From: Nitrospirota bacterium | Lineage (GTDB): Bacteria > Nitrospirota > Nitrospiria > SBBL01 > JAADHI01 | Length of the DNA stretch: 64,000 bases | Assembly: GCA_029261135.1 (NCBI GenBank) | Contig: JAJDBX010000006.1 | Coordinates: 64,123-128,122 of the forward strand | Direction of reading: 5' to 3' | Shown here: one piece after another, positions 38,131 through 45,908 of the stretch | Layout: every line of letters starts with the position of its first letter | Numbering within the stretch: position 1 is the first letter of the stretch | Program-made: the position numbers and the translations under genes | Notes under the pieces: generated by a model | What the model was told of the DNA's origin: nothing | Seen by the model: the letters and a program-made list of their open reading frames with translations, nothing else | Databases searched by the model: none

Positions 38131-40152
38131 ATGAAAATACAGCTCTTGTTTTTTTTGTTGATCGCTACCCCACTGTACGCACAAGATGAACCGAAGGATT
38201 TATTTTCTCTATCGCTTGTGGAGTTGGCGAAAGTGATGGTGACGGGTTCAACTCTGACACCGATAGACCTCAAAGCAGTTCCCTCAGCTGTCACTCTCTT
38301 CACGCACGAAGAAATCAAGCGCATGGGATTGGATACCCTGGATGAATTGATGAATCTGGTGCCGGGTTTCCAGTCGTACCGATCTTCAGCCTCGTCATTG
38401 AATTATCCGTATTCCTCCCGGGGACGTAATATTGGGAGTAATGGTTCTGAGATCCTGTTGTTAATGGATGGTCAGCGGCTTAACGATCCACGTACCAGTG
38501 GCAGTGCTTTAATTGCTCCAAAAATTCCTCTCATGCAGATCCAACGTGTCGAATTTATTCGCGGTCCGGGAGCGGCGATTTATGGTTCCAATGCGATGAT
38601 GGGCGTGGTGAATATTATCACCCGGGCCGAGGATAATGAAGTAAATGTCAGCTTTGGCAGCCTCAATCGTCGACAGGTGTCTCTACTAACTACGCAGAAA
38701 ATAGGCGATGTGGCGGTGGATCTATTTGGACACATAGACACCGATAATGGTCAAAACTATCACACACAAGACGGCTTCAGCTCCAATACGCGCATCGGAA
38801 CCGATGACCCTCGTGAGCTTGGCAATTTGAATGCTAAAATACACTGGCATAAAACGTATTTATACATCCAGCACACCCAATCTAAGGTTGAAAATTTTTA
38901 CGTCACAAATCGTCTCTCAAATGGCTTTAACCAGCGCAGCGCCAAGTTGAGTTCGATTTCTCTGAAGCAGAATTTCCACTGGCAGTCGATCGCATCCTCT
39001 CTCCTCTTCGGTTACAGCGTCACTGATGTCCGGTCATACGCACAATTGACTGCTCCGGGCACTCTTTCCGCCATCAGCAACCCGAGTAGTAATGATGCCC
39101 TATTTGCCAGTCCCAGTTTCGATGATTACAGTGAGATTCGTGTGCAGTGGCGTAATGACTGGGATATTAATGCCCGAAGCAGCCTGCAAATGGGTATCGA
39201 ATTTCGGAAAATTGACGCCCCCGAAGCCATGGCTAATAATAATTTCGACATCGGGGATCTGGCCAATGGAAACCGACCCATTCGTTATTATGGTGATTTG
39301 CTTGCCACCACGATGGTTCAGTCGGAATCCAGTCGCGATATTTTAGGCATCTACAGTCAATACCAGCGCCAGTTATTTAAGATGACCCACTTCACATTGG
39401 GGCTGCGTTATGATCATTTTTCCAGTATCGCTTCACAACTTAGTCCTCGGATTGGCTGGGTACAGAAGCTAAACGACCGTCATAGCCTGAAGTTTCTCTA
39501 TGGAGAGGCATTTCGGGCACCTTCAGAAAGTGAACTTAATTTACTCAATAATCCCGTATTTAAGGGCAACCCTGATTTGAAACCGGAAACCGTACAAAGT
39601 TTGGACCTGATCTGGATCGGGCAGTGGCCTTATATGAGTCTTTCTCTGGGCTATTTTGAAAACCATTATAGGGATTCCATCGTGCTCAACAGCACCGGTG
39701 GGGGACTACTTCAATATGAAAATGTGGATCAGGACCCAACAAAGGGCTTCGAGTTTGAACTCTACCATGAGTTCAATAAGCATTGGCTGATGCGCGTAAG
39801 CTACACACATATGACCGAGAAACCCAATCTCTCTTTCCGCGAAGCCCATCAATTCACATCCCTGATGTTTAACCATCAGCAAGGCAAGTGGAATGCCAAC
39901 CTGATTGCCACCTGGCACGACAAACGAAATATGCCTGCTGTTAACAGTAAGAACGATCGTATCGAAGTGGATGATTACTGGCAGCTTTTTGGCAAGCTCC
40001 TCCACAACTTCAACCAGGATTGGCAAACCTTTGTACAGGTGAAAAACCTTTTAGATGAGGATTACCTGACTCCGGCTGCTAGCACAAATTTGACCGAAGG
40101 TATCCCGAATCGTGGGCGGGAAATATTGATCGGAATCACCCGAAAATTTTGA
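38131..40152 (+). CDS. TonB-dependent outer-membrane receptor
   Basis: Signal peptide. Plug blocks VPSAVTLFTHEEIKRMG, LVPGF, ILLLMDGQRLND, IQRVEFIRGPGAAIYGSNAMMGVVNIIT. Barrel region, then C-terminus GREILIGITRKF. Confidence 0.92.
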   Translation: MKIQLLFFLLIATPLYAQDEPKDLFSLSLVELAKVMVTGSTLTPIDLKAVPSAVTLFTHEEIKRMGLDTLDELMNLVPGFQSYRSSASSLNYPYSSRGRNIGSNGSEILLLMDGQRLNDPRTSGSALIAPKIPLMQIQRVEFIRGPGAAIYGSNAMMGVVNIITRAEDNEVNVSFGSLNRRQVSLLTTQKIGDVAVDLFGHIDTDNGQNYHTQDGFSSNTRIGTDDPRELGNLNAKIHWHKTYLYIQHTQSKVENFYVTNRLSNGFNQRSAKLSSISLKQNFHWQSIASSLLFGYSVTDVRSYAQLTAPGTLSAISNPSSNDALFASPSFDDYSEIRVQWRNDWDINARSSLQMGIEFRKIDAPEAMANNNFDIGDLANGNRPIRYYGDLLATTMVQSESSRDILGIYSQYQRQLFKMTHFTLGLRYDHFSSIASQLSPRIGWVQKLNDRHSLKFLYGEAFRAPSESELNLLNNPVFKGNPDLKPETVQSLDLIWIGQWPYMSLSLGYFENHYRDSIVLNSTGGGLLQYENVDQDPTKGFEFELYHEFNKHWLMRVSYTHMTEKPNLSFREAHQFTSLMFNHQQGKWNANLIATWHDKRNMPAVNSKNDRIEVDDYWQLFGKLLHNFNQDWQTFVQVKNLLDEDYLTPAASTNLTEGIPNRGREILIGITRKF

Positions 40153-40511
40153 GGTGATCACTATCATGGGATAACAAGGCCTGTTGCGTTCAGACAAGCC
40201 CTGCTGTATCGCTCATAATTTTCGAAAGAGTCAAGACGATGGATTGCACCCAGGATAAATAAACAATCAAGGGAATCCCTAATCTATGAGAATGCATTTT
40301 CCTACGTCCCTCTTAGCCGAATGGGGAATTGTAATTATTTTCTCGTTCGTGCCACTAATGACAGTCCTAAGAAGGGTGAAAGGCGCTAAACCAGAGATTC
40401 CTGAGCTCTTTGAGCTGAGTTTGGAGGAACTCTGCAATATCCAAGTCCACATTCCTGCTGCCCTCACAAAACTTTCTCCCGAAGAAATCCCGGCCTCTAT
40501 TACCGTGATTA
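40106..40511 (+). repeat. copy 2 of the ~408-bp direct repeat
   Basis: See copy 1. The first ~47 nt are the genuine 3' end of the TBDR gene. Confidence 0.9.
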
Positions 40512-40534
40512 GGAGGACCTTGTTTTTAGCGTGA
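40286..40534 (+). pseudogene. TonB-dependent receptor, 5' fragment (82 codons), ending at the start of the YfiR-like gene
   Basis: MRMHFPTSLL...FELSLEELCNIQVHIPAALTKLSPEEIPASITVI, then RRTLFLA*. It is a paralogue of 37778..38092. Confidence 0.65.
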
Positions 40535-41085
40535 AGACCTATAGAGAATATATTATTCAGTTCATACTCTTTTCTTATCTTTTCCTCTGGCCTTCTCAGG
40601 CCAATCCCGCGGGTGAAATTTCTGAAGATGAAGTGAAGGCAGCCTATATCTATCGCATCATCAAGTTTGTGGAGTGGCCTGAGAGCATTTTGCCGAAAGG
40701 TCGAGATGCCCTTACCGTGTGCCTGTTCGGGGAAGATCCCATTGAGAAGGTCTTAGAACCGATAAAAAAATTGAAGGCACAAGGCCATGCCATCCGTCTT
40801 GAACGGCTGGGATCCATGCAAAGTGATCGGGTGTGCCACGTCCTGTTTATAGGTGACAAAGAGGAACATCACTTAAAAGAAATTCTTCATCTCATAAAGC
40901 ATCTCAGCATGCTGACCGTCAGTGATATAGAGAGCTTCGTTTCTAAGGGGGGCATGATTGGTTTTGTGCTTAAATCTGGAAGGGTACAATTAGAGATCAA
41001 TGTTGAGGCCTCACGCAAGGCGAAAATTAAGCTCAGTTCCGACTTGTTAGAAGTCGCAACGCTTTTAAAAGTGACCCGTCCGTAG
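40531..41085 (+). CDS. YfiR-family (DUF4154) periplasmic protein
   Basis: GTG start and a signal peptide. EVKAAYIYRIIKFVEWPE and the C-terminus GRVQLEINVEASRKAKIKLSSDLLEVA match the remembered DUF4154 pattern. Confidence 0.7.
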   Translation: MKTYREYIIQFILFSYLFLWPSQANPAGEISEDEVKAAYIYRIIKFVEWPESILPKGRDALTVCLFGEDPIEKVLEPIKKLKAQGHAIRLERLGSMQSDRVCHVLFIGDKEEHHLKEILHLIKHLSMLTVSDIESFVSKGGMIGFVLKSGRVQLEINVEASRKAKIKLSSDLLEVATLLKVTRP

Positions 41086-41095
41086 GAATAGTCGC

Positions 41096-44000
41096 ATGGA
41101 ACGCATAGACCGATATCCTATCAAAAATAAACTCATACTCATGATCATGTCGACGACGGTAATTTCTATTTTCATTGTGGGCAGTGTGCTGGTGGTCTTT
41201 GACCAATACAAAACGAAGCAGGTCATGACCGCACATCTCACAACCCTCGGCCGCATTATTGCGGATCGGAGCACCGCTGCACTCAGCTTCGATGACCCGA
41301 AAGCCGCCACAGACATTCTTTCGGCCCTAAGCAAAGAACCCTTGGTTTTGTTCGCATGTACTTATGATCGTTCTAATGGCCTATTCGTAAGCTATCCTTC
41401 GGGTGAGGCGGTTGCATGTCCGACAGAAACACTACAGGATGGTTATCAATTTACAGAAGCCTATTTTCAGTTATATCAATCGGTGACCCTGGAAGAAGAA
41501 ATCATCGGCACGATTTATATTCAAGCCACACTGGGTGATCTTCATGCCCGCTTTCTAAGCTATATATTCACAGTCATTCTTATTGCGATCCTTGCGAGTT
41601 TTGTTGCCTATATTCTGGCAAACCGGCAACAAGCTCTGATTTCCACACCCATTCTTCGCTTAACGGATATTGCAAAACAGATTTCTTCGGGAGCGCAGTA
41701 CGACATACAAGTCCCCCAGGGCACTGGAGATGAAATCGGGACACTTTATCGTGCTTTTAAAAAGATGCTTGACCAGATCGCTTATCGCGAGAAAGCACGT
41801 GATCAAGCAGAGCAATTGCGTCGTGAGAGTGAGAATCAAGTAAGACTGCTCCTTAGCTCGACTGCTGAGGCAATCTATAGTCTTGATCTCGAAGGGAATT
41901 GTACCTTTGTAAACCCTGCCTGTCTGAGTATTTTGGGTTACGAGAGTGTTTCAGAACTTCTTGGCAAGAATATGCATTCGACGATCCACTATGCCCACGC
42001 CGATGGCTCGCCCTATCCTCTTGAACACTGCAGTATTTTTGAGGCTTTTAGCACAGGGAAACACAGTCACAGTGACAGCGAAGTACTCTGGCGTTCAGAT
42101 GGTACAAGTTTTCAAGCAGAGTATTGGTCTCACCCGATCTATAAAGAAAACCAGAATGTCGGATTTGTTGTGACTTTTATCGATATTTCCGAGCGCAAAC
42201 GCAGTGAAGCAGCACTTAGACAATCAGAAGAAAAATGGCGTTCACTGACACAATATTCACCTGATTACATTTGTACCTTAAATCGGGAAGGGATCATTCA
42301 ATTTATAAATCAAGCAGTGCCAAGCTTGACACCAGAAGAAATGATTGGCAAAACGCAAGTTGAATATTTGCCGGAGAAATATCGCTCTGTTGCACTAGCC
42401 TGTTATCAGCAGGTGCTGGATACAGGAGTGCCAAATCAGTATGAAACGGAGTTCTGCGACCCGGAAGGGAAGAACTATTATTTTGAAATGCAGGTTGGAC
42501 CAATTAGAGATCAGGAAGAAATCATTGGGTTAACTGTCAGCGCACGGGACCTCACAGAACGTAAAAAATCAGAGGAAAAGCTTCATCAACTCGCCGCAGT
42601 GGTACAAAATACCGCTGAGGGAGTCATTGTTACCGATGCAGCCGGTAAGATTATTACTGTCAATAACGCCTTTACTGTCATCACGGGTTATCCCGAAGAA
42701 GAAGTACTTGGGCAGAACCCTCGTTTTCTAAACTCAAAGAAACATGATCGAGGGTTTTATACTACGCTGTGGGCAACCATTGATACTGCAGGGTTCTGGC
42801 AAGGTGAAATTTGGGATCGGCGTAAAACCGGAGAGATTTTTCCGACGTGGTCCACGATTAGTTCCGTAAAGGATAGCGATGGGAAGTTGGTCAACTATGT
42901 TTCTGTATTCTCCGATATTTCTTCAATCAAACGTTCTCAAGAGAAACTGGATTTTCTGGCACACCATGATCCGCTGACCGAGTTGCCAAACCGCTTGCTG
43001 TTTAATGATCGTCTTCGACATGCACTAAAGCGAGCCCTGCGTGAATCAAAAGAAGTTGCCGTCATCTTTCTCGATCTTGACCGCTTCAAAAATATCAATG
43101 ATAGCCTGGGACATCCGATTGGTGACATCCTCTTGCAGGAAGCAGCAGAGCGAATCATGGCACTGGTGCGGAGCGAAGATACGGTGGCGCGCCTGGGTGG
43201 AGATGAGTTCATTATTCTTATTGAAGAGGTAAGTGATATACAGGGTATCGCCCAATTGGCCCAGAAAATAGTCGATGTCTTTGACAGACCGTTTTTAATA
43301 AAAGAACACGAGTTACACCTTACGGTAAGTGCCGGAATCAGTCTCTATCCAGACGATGGCGAGGATGGCCCCACACTTGTTAAGAATGCAGATGCAGCGA
43401 TGTACCGCGCCAAGGAAGAGGGGCGAAATGATTACCAGTTCTACACCAAAGCACTCACGACAGCTGTCTTCGAGCGATTAACACTGGAGACCAAATTACG
43501 CCACGCGGTGAAAAACAAGGAGCTGGTTCTCCACTACCAACCGCAATACTTACTTGCCACAGGAGAGATCATTGGTGCAGAAGCCCTCGTTCGCTGGCAG
43601 CACCCGGATATGGGACTTGTGATGCCGGCAAAGTTTATCCCTTTGGCAGAAGAGTCTGGTTTGATTGTAGCCATTGGCAAGTGGGTGTTACACGAAGCAT
43701 GTAGGCAAATGAAATGCTGGGTGGATGCGAATTTGTCTCTGAAACGCATTGCAGTGAATCTCTCAGGAATACAGTTTCAGAGAGGGAATATTGTGGCAAC
43801 GATCAAACACACGCTCGATCAAATTGGACTTAGCCCGCAAAGGCTAGAGCTGGAAATTACCGAAGGTCTCATTATGCAGAAAACAGACCGGGCCATCAGC
43901 ATGCTGACCCGACTCCAAGATCTTGGAATAACAATTGCGATCGATGATTTTGGTACAGGGTATTCTTCACTCAGCTATCTTAAACAACTGCCTGTGGACA

Positions 44001-44242
44001 AATTGAAAATTGACCGATCTTTTGTCCGAGACATTACGCATGACGCAAATGATGAGGCCATTACGCGAGCTGTGGTGGCGCTCGGACAGAGCCTGCAGCT
44101 CAAGGTAATTGCAGAAGGGGTAGAGACCGAAGAACAACGAAAATTTCTTGAGAACTTAGGCTGCGATGAGAGCCAAGGGAACTACTATAGCCCAGCCGTG
44201 CCTGCAGAGGAATTTTTAAAACTATTTAAAGTGATTAAATAA
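41096..44242 (+). CDS. membrane sensor: CHASE8-like periplasmic domain - HAMP - 3 PAS - GGDEF - EAL
   Basis: TM, then LGRIIADRSTAALSFDDPKAATDILSALSKEP (CHASE8-like, from memory), then TM. HAMP, then three PAS/PAC units. RLGGDEFIIL (GGDEF), GAEALVRW (EAL), DDFGTGYSSL. Confidence 0.9.
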   Translation: MERIDRYPIKNKLILMIMSTTVISIFIVGSVLVVFDQYKTKQVMTAHLTTLGRIIADRSTAALSFDDPKAATDILSALSKEPLVLFACTYDRSNGLFVSYPSGEAVACPTETLQDGYQFTEAYFQLYQSVTLEEEIIGTIYIQATLGDLHARFLSYIFTVILIAILASFVAYILANRQQALISTPILRLTDIAKQISSGAQYDIQVPQGTGDEIGTLYRAFKKMLDQIAYREKARDQAEQLRRESENQVRLLLSSTAEAIYSLDLEGNCTFVNPACLSILGYESVSELLGKNMHSTIHYAHADGSPYPLEHCSIFEAFSTGKHSHSDSEVLWRSDGTSFQAEYWSHPIYKENQNVGFVVTFIDISERKRSEAALRQSEEKWRSLTQYSPDYICTLNREGIIQFINQAVPSLTPEEMIGKTQVEYLPEKYRSVALACYQQVLDTGVPNQYETEFCDPEGKNYYFEMQVGPIRDQEEIIGLTVSARDLTERKKSEEKLHQLAAVVQNTAEGVIVTDAAGKIITVNNAFTVITGYPEEEVLGQNPRFLNSKKHDRGFYTTLWATIDTAGFWQGEIWDRRKTGEIFPTWSTISSVKDSDGKLVNYVSVFSDISSIKRSQEKLDFLAHHDPLTELPNRLLFNDRLRHALKRALRESKEVAVIFLDLDRFKNINDSLGHPIGDILLQEAAERIMALVRSEDTVARLGGDEFIILIEEVSDIQGIAQLAQKIVDVFDRPFLIKEHELHLTVSAGISLYPDDGEDGPTLVKNADAAMYRAKEEGRNDYQFYTKALTTAVFERLTLETKLRHAVKNKELVLHYQPQYLLATGEIIGAEALVRWQHPDMGLVMPAKFIPLAEESGLIVAIGKWVLHEACRQMKCWVDANLSLKRIAVNLSGIQFQRGNIVATIKHTLDQIGLSPQRLELEITEGLIMQKTDRAISMLTRLQDLGITIAIDDFGTGYSSLSYLKQLPVDKLKIDRSFVRDITHDANDEAITRAVVALGQSLQLKVIAEGVETEEQRKFLENLGCDESQGNYYSPAVPAEEFLKLFKVIK

Positions 44243-44402
44243 TCTTGTGACAATAATGGGTTAAATCCCACCTGGTCAAGTATTAGAGGTAATTCGCTTA
44301 AGCTGCTTTTCATCGCTCTTTTTCTTCATTTTCATATTGGTTTGGACTTTTATCATCTAAATGTGAATGCAGAAGGAACATTCTTATAAAACATGCTGAT
44401 CA

Positions 44403-45086
44403 CTAAAACAAAGGCACATCGCTCTTGGCTTCACCACGCGATGATGTTTCCTGCTCCAAGTTTTGGTAAACCTGTTCACGGTCTATAATGGTATTATTTT
44501 TGATGCGATTGATCTTCTTCATGAGAACCTGCCCTGAATCGGTAAAGTAATAGACCTTTCTCGGGTAGAAATCCCCCACATTCGACATCAATAAATTCAA
44601 GTTTTCTTTTTTGAGATATTTAAAGGCCCAAGCGGCATTTCGATGCCCGACATAAGCTCTCGATTCGACCAGGCTGGCACCATCAAAAATCTTAACTTCA
44701 ATACGGTTTTTATTTCCACCTCGCTTCATAATCTCATTAAGCAGCATCTCCATCGCATAAGTCCCCTAACGTCCCGATTCTCCCCAGGAATCGTGCACTT
44801 TCTTCTCTTTTGGGACTGGAAGCATAAAGTAGTTCATGCCCCCGATTTTTGTAACAGGATCTATCACACAAGCGGAGGGACAAGACCCGAGAACCGTGTA
44901 AACGACTTTTGGTTCATTACTGACAAAATATTCACCGGGCAAGATTTGGGCAATTTCATGAGGAAACCGTGGATCGGAAAAACGGCGAACCCCTGAAAAA
45001 GCGCCTTGATCAAATCCATTCAAGAATGCTTCTTTCTTTTTGATCACTTGTAGAACCCAGCACCTCAATTGAATGATCCACATCAT
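44403..45086 (-). pseudogene. cheD: chemoreceptor glutamine deamidase CheD interrupted by an in-frame TAG (44766-44768)
   Basis: ORFs 44766..45086 and 44403..44753 share a frame. The join reads ...SWGESGR*GTYAMEMLLNEI. CheD blocks YTVLGSCPSACVIDPVTKIGGMNYFMLP and VKIFDGAS...GHRNAAWA are present. Confidence 0.8.
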
Positions 45087-45351
45087 TTCATAAAGAGACC
45101 GCGTCTACGATCAAACGTAATTGTTATGAGTTCGACACTCAACATTTAAGAAAAGGAGACGTAATTTCCTAACAAGTGTACTGGTTTAGGATGTGCAATC
45201 ATGCTTGAGTCAATCAGACCTGATCAAAGAAAACGCGAATTCATTCAGTTAATCTGTAGGGTTAAATGTGCTTAAATCCTGAATGGAATAAGCCATCCAC
45301 TCCCCGCCTTCAAATCCTTTCAGAAACAGAGGGCCTCGAACTGAGCACAGT

Positions 45352-45621
45352 TCAGCTTTTTTGGGAGCGATTATTGGCTTTAATGACATTATCAGGATTT
45401 TCCTGATAAGCCTTGATACAGGCCAGACAGACACAAGATAAGCCTCGCGTACTTTCTGGAATCATGTCCTGCATTGTCTTGGGGATCGTTTCTGTGGAAC
45501 ACCAGCAAGGTGTTTCACTCTGTGCCATGCAGTTATTTTTAGCCCCACAAAAGGGGCAAGATTGTTCATCAATGGTTTTTTCACTTGAAACAGGTGCTTC
45601 GGGATCTTGTTTTTTAAGCAT
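45352..45621 (-). CDS. cysteine-rich CWC-family small protein
   Basis: CPFCGAKNNC...CWC...CVCLAC pattern. Confidence 0.6.
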   Translation of the reverse strand: MLKKQDPEAPVSSEKTIDEQSCPFCGAKNNCMAQSETPCWCSTETIPKTMQDMIPESTRGLSCVCLACIKAYQENPDNVIKANNRSQKS

Positions 45622-45628
45622 CTCTATA

Positions 45629-45880
45629 TTAAATTCCTGGGCCTATCGTATTGGCCAATCGGTACAAACGACGGAGTTCGTCTCCTAAACCGTTATCGGG
45701 CATTTCAATTCCAATTTTCTGATACCAATATTTCGCATTTTCGAAATCGCCCTCAGTCCGATGCAAGTACGCGTGGATGAGACAGGACAACTCGTCTGTA
45801 TAAGATTGGACGACTTTATGGGATTCCTCCCAATTTCCATCCCGAACCAGGTCTAGTGCTTTTATGTAATCACATGCCAT
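45629..45880 (-). CDS. hypothetical small protein
   Basis: 83-aa ORF, tightly packed between the ABC permease and the CWC gene. I recognise no family. Confidence 0.4.
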   Translation of the reverse strand: MACDYIKALDLVRDGNWEESHKVVQSYTDELSCLIHAYLHRTEGDFENAKYWYQKIGIEMPDNGLGDELRRLYRLANTIGPGI

Positions 45881-45908
45881 ATTAATTGCTCAGATTTACG
45901 TCAAAAAA

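Noticed and set aside
44766-44768. TAG reassignment or programmed read-through as the explanation for the in-frame stop in cheD
   Set aside because: TAG terminates several well-supported genes in the window (kdsA at 16896, cytochrome c at 20794, MCP at 31916). No pyrrolysine-type context is visible.
45338-45362. Hairpin GAACTG-agca-CAGTTC followed by a T-run, as an intrinsic terminator
   Set aside because: The T-run follows the hairpin only on the plus strand, where no gene ends. On the minus strand it overlaps the CWC gene stop and lacks a U-tail.
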